From the NCBI GenBank assembly GCA_046727895.1, contig JBKPDM010000208.1, forward strand, positions 1 through 38,401: a DNA stretch of 38,401 bases, read 5' to 3'. The position numbers and the translations under genes were made by a program. Below the pieces are notes generated by a model. The model ran no database searches and was not told where the DNA came from. It saw only the letters and a list, made by a program, of their open reading frames with translations. Source of the DNA: Pseudomonadota bacterium. GTDB lineage: Bacteria > Pseudomonadota > Alphaproteobacteria > Geminicoccales > Geminicoccaceae. Shown piece by piece: positions 26,976 through 37,388 of the stretch; the first letter of the stretch is position 1; every line of letters starts with the position of its first letter.

Positions 26976-27935
26976 CTACTCGGTGATGTCGACCTTGCCG
27001 GCCTCGCCGCCGGCGAGAACATTGCCGATCAGCGCGATGCCGACGAACAGCAGGAACATGACCACGGTGAGCGCACCCGCGTAGTCGAATTGAGTGAGCT
27101 TGAACGCCACCTTGTAGATGTAAGTGATCAGGAGTTCGGTGGCGTGGCCGGGGCCGCCATTGGTCATGACGTAGATCAGATCGAAGCTCGTGAAGGAGGC
27201 GATGATGCCGATCACGAAGCAGAGGAAGATCGAGGGCCGGAGCAGGGGCAGGGTGATCCGCCAGAACTGGGCAGAGCGGGGCGCGCCGTCGATCGCTGCG
27301 GCTTCGTAGAGATGCTGCGGGATGCTCTGCAGGCCGGTCAGGAGGATGATCATGAAGAAGCCGACGATCTGCCAGATGGCCGCGGCGATCACCGCCGGCA
27401 TCGCAGTCGAGAAGGTCTCCAGGAAGGCGATCGGCTGGTCGATCAGCCCGCTCGCGCGCAGGAGGTAGTTGAACAGCCCGACCTTGGCGTCATAGAGCCA
27501 GCGCCAGATGATTCCGACCGCGACCGCCATGAGGGGATAGGAGAGGAAGATGATCGTCCGGTAGACGCCGCGGCCGCGGATCCGGCTGTTGACCATGAGC
27601 GCCAGGGCCAGCGCGATCGCGATTGAGATGGGCGCCATCGCCATGTAGACGAAGGTGTTCCTGAGCGCCTGCCAGAAGACGTCGTCGTAGAACAGCATGT
27701 CCTCGTAGTGATAGAAGCCGGCGAACTCGGCGGGCTTGGTCGGCTCCCAGAACTGAAACGAGAGGAGGAAGTTCCAGCCCAGCGGGATCAGCCGATAGAG
27801 GAGAAAAATCGCGAGCGCGGGCAGGAGCAGGGCCCAGACGAAGGCCGCCTCGCGATGCCGCCGGCGCCGGAACAGTCGCCGGCGCGCGAGCGGCGCCCGG
27901 CGTGCCCGGGCTTCGGAGAGCGCTTCGGTCGCCAT
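26976..27935 (-). CDS. Carbohydrate ABC transporter permease (CUT1, MalF-like)
   Basis: The EAA loop reads EAAAIDGAPRSAQFWRITLPLLRPS. Polytopic membrane profile. Confidence 0.9.
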   Translation of the reverse strand: MATEALSEARARRAPLARRRLFRRRRHREAAFVWALLLPALAIFLLYRLIPLGWNFLLSFQFWEPTKPAEFAGFYHYEDMLFYDDVFWQALRNTFVYMAMAPISIAIALALALMVNSRIRGRGVYRTIIFLSYPLMAVAVGIIWRWLYDAKVGLFNYLLRASGLIDQPIAFLETFSTAMPAVIAAAIWQIVGFFMIILLTGLQSIPQHLYEAAAIDGAPRSAQFWRITLPLLRPSIFLCFVIGIIASFTSFDLIYVMTNGGPGHATELLITYIYKVAFKLTQFDYAGALTVVMFLLFVGIALIGNVLAGGEAGKVDITE

Positions 27936-27990
27936 GCGAGCGGTTACCGCGACGGGGCCGCTCGAGCGCCGTTCCGTTCCGTCGACCCGG

Positions 27991-29187
27991 CTAGCGTCGG
28001 CGCAGCACCCGGTTGACCTTGGCCTCGGCGGTCTCGATCGCCTCCTTGGGGTCCTTCTGACCGAGCAGCGCCGCCTGAATCTCCGGCCAGAACGCCTCCT
28101 TGATCGCGGCGTCCTTGGGCGTCACCCAGTTGCCGACCGCCTTGTCCATGTTCGCGAGCGAGAGGCGCAGCGTCTCGGCCTTGAGCGGATCGTCGAGGCC
28201 GGCGATCAGTGACTCGTCGACCTTCTTGTTCAGGGTCAGGATGGTGAAGGTGTCGGCCATCACCTTCTGCCACTTGTCGCTGGTCGCGATCTTGATGAAG
28301 TCGAAGGCCTCGTCCGGATATTTGGTCGAGCTGGAGATGCCGAGGCCGTGCGCGTTCGGCACGCCGTAGCCGCCCGGCCAGGCGACCACGCCGAGAGTGT
28401 CGGGGCTGACCCATTCGGCCTTGCCGGCAATCCAGAACAGCGCCGAACCGTGGCCCTGATACATGCCGATGTCGCCGGTCGCGAAGGCGTTGTTGGGCTC
28501 GACCCAGCGGCCGGTCCAGGAGATGTTGTTGATCGTTCCGGAGGTCGTCGCCTTGGTCATGTCCTGGGTCAGGAGCTCGACCCCGTTCATCGCGAACAGC
28601 GGCCAGTACAGCCAGTCGAAGTTGAGGGTGATGAAGCCCGAGCGACCCTCGCCGGTCGCTGCGATCTTGGCGGAGTCGTCCAGGATCTGATCGAAGCTTT
28701 CGGGCGGACCGGCGAGCCCCGCCTGCTTGAACAGCTTCTTGTTGTAGACCATCAAGGTCTTCGAGAAGTAGTAGGGCAGCATGTACTGCTTGCCGTCGTA
28801 CCGCCAAAGCGCGAGGCCATCCTGGTTGAAGCGGTCTTTGACCTCGGGCTCCTTGGCCAGATAGGGCGTGAGATCGACGAGGCCGTCATTGGCGGCGTAC
28901 TCGGCCCAGAGCATGCCCTGGACGTCGATGATGTCGGGCGCGGTGCCCGCGACCAGCTGGGTCTGGTAGAAGGTCGCCCACTCGGTGCCCTTCTTGTCCA
29001 GCCATTCGACCTCGAAATCGGGGTGCAGCTGCTTGAAATCGGCGATCCAGCGGCGGAACTTCTCCTCGTAGATCGGCAGATTCCAGGTGAGCAGCGTCAA
29101 CTTCTTGTCCTGCGCGCTGGCGCCCGATCCGAACAGACCCGAGGCCAGCACCACTCCGATCGCTGCGGCAGCCCATTTCGTCGACAT
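27991..29187 (-). CDS. Extracellular solute-binding protein (family 1) of the sugar ABC transporter
   Basis: ATG 29187 has a GGGAGA RBS. The signal peptide is MSTKWAAAAIGVVLASGLFGSGASA. The sequence KKLTLLTWNLPIYEEKF is typical of the family. Confidence 0.88.
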   Translation of the reverse strand: MSTKWAAAAIGVVLASGLFGSGASAQDKKLTLLTWNLPIYEEKFRRWIADFKQLHPDFEVEWLDKKGTEWATFYQTQLVAGTAPDIIDVQGMLWAEYAANDGLVDLTPYLAKEPEVKDRFNQDGLALWRYDGKQYMLPYYFSKTLMVYNKKLFKQAGLAGPPESFDQILDDSAKIAATGEGRSGFITLNFDWLYWPLFAMNGVELLTQDMTKATTSGTINNISWTGRWVEPNNAFATGDIGMYQGHGSALFWIAGKAEWVSPDTLGVVAWPGGYGVPNAHGLGISSSTKYPDEAFDFIKIATSDKWQKVMADTFTILTLNKKVDESLIAGLDDPLKAETLRLSLANMDKAVGNWVTPKDAAIKEAFWPEIQAALLGQKDPKEAIETAEAKVNRVLRRR

Positions 29188-29210
29188 GATCGTCTCCCTG
29201 GTCGATGGAA

Positions 29211-30299
29211 TCAAAGGTCGAGCCCGATCTCTCTCGCCTCCCTGACCGATCGTTCGGCCGCGAGACAGACCGCGATCCGCTTGCGCGCGTCCTCGCCGGA
29301 GACCAGCGTGCGCCGCTCGCGAAAGGCAACTACGGTCTGCCGGATTTCCTCCTCCAGCTCGAAGATCTCGCCTGAGCTCGCCAGCTCGAATACCTCCGGC
29401 TCGTGCGCACCCCTGGCCATGACCTTCAGCTCGAACGATGGCTGGAGTGCCCGCGCATCGCCGCCCGACCACCAGCTGCGCAACGCGCCGTCATCGCCCA
29501 TGATCTCCAGCAGCGTGTGGTGCTCGAAGCCCGCGAGCGTCTGGGTGATGGTCGCGTAGCGGCCGCCCGGGAAGGTCAGGACGCTCGAGAAATTGTCATC
29601 CATGCCGGGCTGGCCGCTGGCGGCGCGCCCGCTGGAGCTGCCCATCGCGCGTACCGCCTCGGGGTCGCCGCAGGCCTCGAAGTACCACATGATCAGGTCG
29701 TAAAAGTGCACCGGCTCCTCCAGGATCCAGGAGCCGACCCGGCGCGGGTCGTGCCGCCAGCCGCGAGCGCCCGGGCGATAGGGGTGGCGGAACAGGCTGA
29801 GATTGGCATAAGCCGGCCGGCCGATCGCGCCGTCGTCGATCAGCCGCTTGATCGTCCCCCACTGGGTCGAGAGGCGGAGCTCGTGGCCGACGTTGATCAG
29901 CCGGCCGCTGCGCCTTGCGGCCGCGATCAGAAGGTCGCAATCCTCGACCGTGTTGGCCATCGGCTTCTCGAGCAGGAGATCCTTGCCAGCCTCGAGCGCC
30001 GCCTCGCCGATCTCGGCGTGGGTGTCGTTGGGGGTGACCACGTCGACCACATCGATTCCCGCATCGGCCACCAGGTCGCGATAGTCGCGATAGACGGTGA
30101 TGTTCGGAAAATCGGCCCTTGCCCGCGCCGCCGCCTCATCGCTCCGGGCGCAGATCGCGCTCAGCGTGGCGTCCGCCACCCGATCGATGCATTGCGCGTG
30201 CAGCCTGCCGAAGGCGCCATAACCCACCAACCCGAACCGCATGGCATGGGTGTCGGTCCCCGACACGCTGCTCTCCCCGCCGCTTGTCGCACTATCCAC
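29211..30299 (-). CDS. Gfo/Idh/MocA-family NAD(P)-dependent oxidoreductase
   Basis: MRFGLVGYGAFGRLHA provides the Rossmann motif, and EKPMA is the family motif. The true start may be ATG 30242 (MRFGLVGYG) rather than 30299. Confidence 0.85.
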   Translation of the reverse strand: MDSATSGGESSVSGTDTHAMRFGLVGYGAFGRLHAQCIDRVADATLSAICARSDEAAARARADFPNITVYRDYRDLVADAGIDVVDVVTPNDTHAEIGEAALEAGKDLLLEKPMANTVEDCDLLIAAARRSGRLINVGHELRLSTQWGTIKRLIDDGAIGRPAYANLSLFRHPYRPGARGWRHDPRRVGSWILEEPVHFYDLIMWYFEACGDPEAVRAMGSSSGRAASGQPGMDDNFSSVLTFPGGRYATITQTLAGFEHHTLLEIMGDDGALRSWWSGGDARALQPSFELKVMARGAHEPEVFELASSGEIFELEEEIRQTVVAFRERRTLVSGEDARKRIAVCLAAERSVREAREIGLDL

Positions 30300-30346
30300 G
30301 ATCGGGGAAGGATGGGCAAGGCGGGCCGGGTGGTCGCGCCGATCGC

Positions 30347-31447
<1,101 letters not shown>

Positions 31448-31607
31448 CTCGGTTCACCGCACCACCAGCGTCGAGCCGTTCGAATGGGGAGCCATGCTCT
31501 CGCGCCCCAGCCCCCGCGCGAGGATAGATCCGATCCCGGGCCGAGGCCAACCGGCCATCGGCGCGGCGGACAGCCTGCGCAGCGCATTCGCCGCCGCGGG
31601 ACCCCGG

Positions 31608-32324
31608 TCAGCGGCCCGGCCGTGCCCGGTCCTGCCGGCGCACGATCAGCGCCCACCAGAGCAGCCAGCCCGCCAGGGCGGCGGCAACCAGCCATAGCCA
31701 GACGCTCCGATCGCCCGACCAGAGGCCGTGCCCCATCGACACCATCAGGATGGTCAGTGGCAGGATGCCGAGGCCGGTCGCCCAGGTGAAGGTCCACCAG
31801 GAGATCGCGGTCAAACCGGCGGCATAATTGATCAGATTGAACGAGATCACCGGCACGAAGCGGCTGAACAACAGGATGCCGCCGCCCTGGCGCTCGGCCC
31901 AGCGATCGATCGCCTCATGGTGGCGCCGGGCGATGACCGCCCGGACGAATGGCCGACCCAGCCAGCGGGCGAGCCCGAAGGCCAGGTACGCGCCGAGCAT
32001 GGCGCCGGTCCAGGTGATCACGGTCCCCCAGACGGGCCCGTACAGCATGCCGTTGGCCATGGCGACGAACTCGGCCGGGAAGGGCACCACGCTATGCAGG
32101 ACCATCAGGAGCATCGAGGCGGCGACGCCCCACATGCCCCAGGCGAGGATCTGCTCCTCGACCGCCTGCATCGACAGCTCGAAGCCCGGCAGCGGCATCG
32201 GCGCGCCGAGCGCGTAGAGCCAGATCACGACGGTCGCGAGCGCCAGGGCAAGCAGCACCCCGGCCGTCAGCCAGAGGCGGCGTGTGCCGCCGCTTGCCTT
32301 TCTCGAACGTTCGCCCAGCATCAA
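31608..32324 (-). CDS. TVP38/TMEM64 (DedA-related, SNARE-associated) family membrane protein
   Basis: The motif VPFPAEFVAMANGMLYGPVWGTVITWTGAMLGAYLAFGLARWLGRPF is typical of the TVP38 family. Confidence 0.8.
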   Translation of the reverse strand: MMLGERSRKASGGTRRLWLTAGVLLALALATVVIWLYALGAPMPLPGFELSMQAVEEQILAWGMWGVAASMLLMVLHSVVPFPAEFVAMANGMLYGPVWGTVITWTGAMLGAYLAFGLARWLGRPFVRAVIARRHHEAIDRWAERQGGGILLFSRFVPVISFNLINYAAGLTAISWWTFTWATGLGILPLTILMVSMGHGLWSGDRSVWLWLVAAALAGWLLWWALIVRRQDRARPGR

Positions 32325-32423
32325 GGCCGATTTCGGTCCACTCGGGAACGATCTGCGGCGGAGCCCGTCTCCATGACAAGACCGGGCCGACGACGCGCCC
32401 CGGGGTCCACATGCGACCGAAAC

Positions 32424-33548
32424 CTAATCCGATTGTCCAGGCCAGACCTCATGGGCGACCTCGACGACGCGCGCAAGCTTGCGCCACTGGTCGTCCTCGC
32501 TGAGCTCGTTGCCGTGCACCGTCGAGGAGAAGCCGCATTGCGGGCTGAGTGCCAGCTGCTCGAGCGGGACGTAGCGCGCCGCTCCCTCGATCCGCCGCTC
32601 GAGCGCGTCCCTGCTCTCGAGCTCCGGCCGCTTCGAGGTCATGATCCCGAGCACGATGGTCTTGCCCGCGGGCACGAAGCGCAGCGGCGCGAAGTCGCCC
32701 GAGCGCGCGTCATCGTACTCAAGGAAGAAGCCGTCGATCGGCAGCTCATTGAACAGGATCTCGGCGACCGGCTCGTAGCCGCCCTGCGCGACCCAGGCGC
32801 TCCGGAAGTTGCCGCGGCAGAGGTGGATGCAGACCGCCATGTCCGCGGGCCGATCGCGCACCGCATCGGCGATCAGGCGGCAATAGGTTCGCGGCAGCTC
32901 GTCGGGATCGTCGCCGCGGGCGCGGGTCGAAGCCCGGATCTCGTCGTCGCAAAGGTAGGCGAGGTTGGTGTCGTCGAGCTGCAGGTAGCGGCAGCCACGC
33001 GCGGCGAGGTCGGCGATCTCGGCTCGATAGGCGCCGGCGAGATCGGCGTAGAAACTCTTCAGGTCCGGATAGATCTCCGCGCTGATCGCCTGCCGGCCGC
33101 CCCGGAAATGCAGCATCGAGGGCGAGGGAATGCAGACCTTGGGCGTGCGCGTCGTGCTGCTCTTGAGGAAGTCGAAATCGCGCCCCTGGATCGCGGCGGC
33201 GTGCCGGAGCTTGCCGGTGACCCGCATGGTCGGGGGCCGGAAGCCGACCTCGGTGCCGTCGTCGCGCCGGAAGCTCGCCTTGAAGCCGCTCTCGCTGACC
33301 GTCACGCCCGCGAGACGCTCGAGGAAGTCGACGTGAAAGAAAGTCCGGCGAAACTCGCCATCGGTGATTCCCTGAAGCCCGATCTCCTCCTGCTTGCGGA
33401 CGACCCTGTGGATGCAGTCGTCCTCGACCGCACGCAGCTCCTCGGCGCTCGCCTCACCGCGGGCGCGGCGCTCGCGCGCCTCCAGCAGCTTCTGGGGCCT
33501 TAGCAGGCTACCGACATGGTCGGCGCGGAAAGGCGGCTGCTTTGACAT
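32424..33548 (-). CDS. Cobalamin-independent methionine synthase-like methyltransferase (single MetE C-terminal-type domain)
   Basis: ATG 33548 has a GGAGG RBS. The N-terminus is FRADHVGSLLRP. The Zn-ligand motifs IHLCRGNF and PQCGFSS are visible. Confidence 0.82.
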   Translation of the reverse strand: MSKQPPFRADHVGSLLRPQKLLEARERRARGEASAEELRAVEDDCIHRVVRKQEEIGLQGITDGEFRRTFFHVDFLERLAGVTVSESGFKASFRRDDGTEVGFRPPTMRVTGKLRHAAAIQGRDFDFLKSSTTRTPKVCIPSPSMLHFRGGRQAISAEIYPDLKSFYADLAGAYRAEIADLAARGCRYLQLDDTNLAYLCDDEIRASTRARGDDPDELPRTYCRLIADAVRDRPADMAVCIHLCRGNFRSAWVAQGGYEPVAEILFNELPIDGFFLEYDDARSGDFAPLRFVPAGKTIVLGIMTSKRPELESRDALERRIEGAARYVPLEQLALSPQCGFSSTVHGNELSEDDQWRKLARVVEVAHEVWPGQSD

Positions 33549-33655
33549 CGTCCTCGCCTCCATGAGCCCTCGCGCGGTCTCGGCATACGTGAGGCAGCTC
33601 GCGGAAGCAACAGATGCGCGCCACATCGTGCGCTCACGTTCGCCCCGGCCATCTC

Positions 33656-35083
33656 TCAGCCCGCGCAGCAGGACAGCCTGGCGACGTCCTTTTCGAAGGC
33701 CTGGGCGGCAAGCTTGAGGCCTTCGACCGTAGTCAGGTAGGGGAAAATCGTCTCGCCGAGCTCCTTGATGGTCATCCGGTGCTTGATGGCGAGCGCCGCG
33801 GTCTGGATGCTGTCGCCGCCCTCCGGCGCCAGAATGTGGGCGCCGAGCAGGCGGTCCGTGGCCTCGTCCGCGACCAGCTTGATCAGCCCGCGGGTATCGC
33901 GCGCGGCGAGCGCCCGCGCCACCCGGTCGAGGGGCAGGACGCTGGTCTTGACCTCGTAATCCGTCGCGCGGGCCGCCATCTCGGTCAGGCCGACCGAGGC
34001 GACCTGCGGGTCGGTGAAGGTGACCATTGGCATCGCCGTCGCGTCGTAGCGGTACGCGTTGCCATTCAGGGCATTCAGCGCGGCGAGCTTGGCGCCATAG
34101 GCGGCCATGTACACGAACTGATGCCGGCCCGTGACATCGCCCGCGGCGTAGATCGCAGGGTTGCTCGTGCGCTGATGCTCGTCGACCCTGATGCCGCCGT
34201 TGTTGGTGAGCGCCACGGCGACGTCGGCGAGGCCGAGCCCTTCGGTGTTGGGCCTGCGCCCGGTCGCCGCCAGCGCCACCTCGGCCTCGAGCGGCTCGGC
34301 CCTGCCGTTCAGCTCGACTTCGAGGACGATCCTGCCGCCCGAGCGGCGGATTTGGCGGTAGGCCAGACCGGTGCGGACCTCAATCCCCTCCTCGCCGAGA
34401 TAGCCGGCGAGCCCCTCACTGATCTCCGGCTCGCCCTCGGGCAGGAGGCGCGAGCGGCAGACCAAAGTCACGGCCACGCCGGCGCGGGCGAACAGCTGGG
34501 CGAGCTCGCAGCCGATGTAGCCGCCGCCGATCACCAGCATCGAGCGCGGCAGCTCCCGGAGTTCGAGCGCCGTGGTGCTGGTCAGATAGTCGATGTCCTC
34601 GATGCCCGGGATCGACGGCCGTGCCGCCGAGGCGCCGGTGGCGACGATCTGCCTGCCAACGATCAAGCGCTCACCGTTCACAAGGATGCCATCGGGCGCG
34701 AGCCGCGCCGGCGCCTCGATGTAGGCTATGGTGTTGTAGGCGGGCAGCAGGTCGACGTACTTGGCCTGGCGCAGGCCCGCGACGAGCTCGTCTTTCTGAG
34801 CGACGAGCGCCCGCCAGGCGTCCAGGCGTGCCTCGCCCCGAATGCCGGCGAAGCGGGCCGCGACTCCTGCGTTATGCAGGCTCTCGGCGGCGCGGATCAG
34901 GGTCTTGGACGGCACGCAGCCGACGTTGACGCAGGTGCCGCCGATGGTGCCGTGGCCGAGCAACGCCACCCGCGCCCCTTGCTCCGCGGCGGTGATCGCG
35001 GCCGAGAAGCCGGCCGACCCCGCACCGATCACAGCGAGGTCGAAAGCGCTGCTTCGGGCGGCATTGGCGCAGCAGTTGCTCAT
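33656..35083 (-). CDS. merA: Mercuric reductase MerA, core form without an NmerA/HMA domain
   Basis: ATG 35083 has a GGAGG RBS. VIGAGSAGFSAAI is the FAD motif and GGTCVNVGCVPSK the redox-active disulfide. The C-terminus is the vicinal pair ...LSCCAG*. The operon context is merTP. Confidence 0.9.
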   Translation of the reverse strand: MSNCCANAARSSAFDLAVIGAGSAGFSAAITAAEQGARVALLGHGTIGGTCVNVGCVPSKTLIRAAESLHNAGVAARFAGIRGEARLDAWRALVAQKDELVAGLRQAKYVDLLPAYNTIAYIEAPARLAPDGILVNGERLIVGRQIVATGASAARPSIPGIEDIDYLTSTTALELRELPRSMLVIGGGYIGCELAQLFARAGVAVTLVCRSRLLPEGEPEISEGLAGYLGEEGIEVRTGLAYRQIRRSGGRIVLEVELNGRAEPLEAEVALAATGRRPNTEGLGLADVAVALTNNGGIRVDEHQRTSNPAIYAAGDVTGRHQFVYMAAYGAKLAALNALNGNAYRYDATAMPMVTFTDPQVASVGLTEMAARATDYEVKTSVLPLDRVARALAARDTRGLIKLVADEATDRLLGAHILAPEGGDSIQTAALAIKHRMTIKELGETIFPYLTTVEGLKLAAQAFEKDVARLSCCAG

Positions 35084-35186
35084 CTCGCCTCCGTCGGTTG
35101 CTCGGTCTCGCGCCCCGACCGGCCTGCTCGCCGCGCCGCCAGTTGAGCGCCGCGCACGCCAAGGGTCCCCACTCGCAAGCGATGGT

Positions 35187-35495
35187 TCACTGCGCCGCCG
35201 AGGTCGCCACTTGCGACGGATAGCCGGCATTGGTCGTCGCGGCGATGAGAGCATTCACGTCGGTCGTTGCGTCATCGAAGGTCACCGTGGCCACGGGGTC
35301 GGCCATCTGGTCGGCCTGCTCGACCTGGACTTTGTCAACACCGGGGACCCGCGCGAGCGCCTTTTGCACGATCGGCGCGCAGAGCTCGCAGTTCGCGTTC
35401 TTGACATTCAAGACCACGGTCTTTTCACCGGCCTGCACCACCCATGGCGACAGCGTCACGATCAAGGCAGCGGCAGCGGCAACGGTCCGGCTCAT
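35187..35495 (-). CDS. merP: Periplasmic mercury-binding protein MerP (HMA fold) with the atypical metal motif NANCELC
   Basis: ATG 35495 has an AGGAGA RBS. A signal peptide is followed by an HMA-like domain, VVLNVKNANCELCAPIVQKAL...VTFDD...AGYP. It sits between merT and merA. Confidence 0.8.
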   Translation of the reverse strand: MSRTVAAAAALIVTLSPWVVQAGEKTVVLNVKNANCELCAPIVQKALARVPGVDKVQVEQADQMADPVATVTFDDATTDVNALIAATTNAGYPSQVATSAAQ

Positions 35496-35521
35496 ACGGC
35501 CTCTCCTTTGGCTGAGATCGA

Positions 35522-35929
35522 TTAGAGGAAGAGGGGCGCCAGCTTGGGAAAGCCGAGTGCGATGAGGATGAGCACGGTCGCCGTCCAAAGCCCGACTTTG
35601 GCGATGCGGCCCGAGCTCGGTCTGGCGCAATAGGAGCCTTCGGCGCAGGCGACTTTCGGCTCTCGGTAGACGAGATAAAACCCGTAGCCGAGGAAACTGA
35701 GCGTGACGGCGACGAAGATCGGCTGATAGGGTGCGAGAGCGGTCAGGTTGCTGATCCACGCGCCGCTGATCCCGAGCGTGAACAGAGCGAACGGCACGAC
35801 GCAACACGAGGCTGCGCCGAGCGCGGCGAGAATCCCCCCAACCGCAAGCCAGGCCTGGCGCCGCGCCGGCTGGACGGGCGCCGAATCGGTGCCGGTCGCT
35901 GCATGCTGCCCGAAGGAAACCATCGCCAT
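35522..35929 (-). CDS. merT: Mercuric ion transport protein MerT
   Basis: The first TM helix carries the CC pair (AASCCVVPFALF). A second Cys pair follows (CAEGSYC). The protein has three TM segments and is about 135 aa. Confidence 0.85.
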   Translation of the reverse strand: MAMVSFGQHAATGTDSAPVQPARRQAWLAVGGILAALGAASCCVVPFALFTLGISGAWISNLTALAPYQPIFVAVTLSFLGYGFYLVYREPKVACAEGSYCARPSSGRIAKVGLWTATVLILIALGFPKLAPLFL

Positions 35930-35958
35930 CGCCCTTGATCTTCTTGTCTGCTGCGGAG

Positions 35959-35989
35959 AATGTAGGTCCTGTACCAGATACAGGTTCAA
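35959..35989 (-). promoter_or_regulatory. PmerT promoter with MerR operator: -35 TTGAAC, 19-bp spacer containing the dyad CCTGTA-n5-TACAGG, -10 TACATT
   Basis: The minus strand reads cTTGAACctgtatctggtacaggaccTACATTc. I counted the spacer as 19 nt, the hallmark of MerR-family activated promoters. The dyad spans 35968..35984. Confidence 0.7.
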
Positions 35990-36032
35990 GGCCTTTTTGC
36001 GGACGTGCCGTTCACGGATGGGAGAGCGGATC

Positions 36033-36425
36033 ATGCGGCGGGGTGAGCTGGCCGGGCAGAGCGGCTGCAACATCGAGACGGTGCGCTTCTATGAGAAGCA
36101 GGGGCTCCTGCCGGCACCGCCGCGGACCGCGAGCGGTCACCGCGACTATGCCCCGGAGCACCTCAAGCGTCTCAGGTTCATCCGCAGGAGCCGCGAACTC
36201 GGCTTCACGCTCGATGAGGTACGCGGACTGCTCACCCTTGTCGACGGCAGCGACTGGACCTGCGCCCAGGTCAAGGAGATGACCGTCGAGCACCTGGCCG
36301 AGGTCCGGCAGAAGATCACCAATCTGAAACGGCTCGAGACGGTGCTGTGTGAGCTGGCCGCGCAGTGCGCGGGTGGCAAAGTGCCGGAGTGCCCGATCGT
36401 TGATGCGCTGTTCGGTGACGCCTGA
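36033..36425 (+). CDS. merR: Hg(II)-responsive transcriptional regulator MerR
   Basis: The HTH reads ELAGQSGCNIETVRFYEKQGLLP. The three conserved Cys residues are in MerR positions (DWTCAQV, AAQCAGGKVPECP). ATG 36033 is preceded by GGAGAG; ATG 36018 is an alternative start. Confidence 0.9.
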   Translation: MRRGELAGQSGCNIETVRFYEKQGLLPAPPRTASGHRDYAPEHLKRLRFIRRSRELGFTLDEVRGLLTLVDGSDWTCAQVKEMTVEHLAEVRQKITNLKRLETVLCELAAQCAGGKVPECPIVDALFGDA

Positions 36426-36488
36426 TGAGCCGCCCCGATCCCTGAACCCAGGCGCGGGGCCTGGTCTGACGTCCTCGCGGGGGCGGCC

Positions 36489-37223
36489 TCAGGTCAGGCC
36501 GAGCCGGCCGATCAAGGGCAGCTTGAGGGCGAGACCGAGCGGGTCGATGCCGAAGATCAAGCCGAGCACGTTGACCTCCAGGCCTTCGTCGCGGCCGACT
36601 GCCAGGCCAAGCAGCCCGAGCAGAGACAGCTGATAGCCGCTGCCGCTCGGGGTCCGGCTGAACACGCTGCCGTTGTCGAGATAGTCCTTGCCGACCGCGA
36701 TCGGTGGCATTTTCAGGCCGAGCTCGGGCACCTGCCGACCGATGTGGGCGATGAAGGTGTTCGAGTTCGGCCCCGGCCAGGTCCGATACTCGTGAGGATA
36801 GGGGTAGCTCGCGATCGCCGCCTCGATCCGATCGATCATCGCCTCGACCTCGGGCCCGCGCTTGTCGACCAGGACGTAAGGCGCGCTGCCGGCCCAATAG
36901 CCGTCGATCACGTGCATGTCCTTGCGGATCGCCGGCGCGCCGCGGTCCACCCCCCAGCCGACCACCTCGTAGCGGTCGAACGCGGGCGCGTTGGCCCGCT
37001 TCATGATGATCCAGGTGTGCACGGCGAAGATGCCCTTCCAGCCCCAGGTCCGCGCCGCGTAAACCTGAACCACGGGCTCGGGGGTGGTCGCGGGATCGGG
37101 CGCCAGCGCCGCGCTGTCCCAGCGCGCGTCCCTCCACGGGTGGGCCGAATCCCCATAGGCGACGGTTGCGACCCAGAGGGGGGGCAGGACGAAGAACAGG
37201 ATCAACAGACAAGTCAGCAGCAT
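36489..37223 (-). CDS. DUF3750 domain-containing membrane-anchored protein
   Basis: An N-terminal TM helix (MLLTCLLILFFVLPPLWV) is followed by AVHTWIIMKR...FDRYEVVGWG...PGPNSNTF, which resembles DUF3750 as I recall it. An upstream in-frame start at 37343 is possible. Confidence 0.6.
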   Translation of the reverse strand: MLLTCLLILFFVLPPLWVATVAYGDSAHPWRDARWDSAALAPDPATTPEPVVQVYAARTWGWKGIFAVHTWIIMKRANAPAFDRYEVVGWGVDRGAPAIRKDMHVIDGYWAGSAPYVLVDKRGPEVEAMIDRIEAAIASYPYPHEYRTWPGPNSNTFIAHIGRQVPELGLKMPPIAVGKDYLDNGSVFSRTPSGSGYQLSLLGLLGLAVGRDEGLEVNVLGLIFGIDPLGLALKLPLIGRLGLT

Positions 37224-37388
37224 CGGCCGCCACCTCGAACCAGGTTCTTGCCGGACCGGCCGCGGGGCCGGGGGAGGCGCGGGAGTCACAATCGCAGATC
37301 CAATCGCCGTCTCGAGCGCGGCGCCGATCGTCCGCCGACGCATCGAGACATGGCGCGCCGCCGGGCCATGTCAACCACAGTGCCCGTT

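Noticed and set aside
33549-33655. Cobalamin or SAM riboswitch upstream of the MetE-like gene
   Set aside because: The gap is only 107 nt, too short for a cobalamin riboswitch. I could not find a B12-box-like or SAM-II-like core. Only a weak resemblance (GAGACCGCGC) was seen.
35084-35254. The upstream in-frame extension of merA (ORF track start 35254) as an NmerA/HMA domain
   Set aside because: The extension translates to an Arg/Pro/Ser-rich sequence with no GMTCxxC motif or beta-alpha-beta-beta-alpha-beta pattern. A strong GGAGG RBS precedes ATG 35083.
33656-36425. The mer operon as part of a Tn21/Tn501-type transposon
   Set aside because: No tnpA or tnpR genes, no merD or merE, and no recognisable terminal inverted repeats lie in the flanks within this window.
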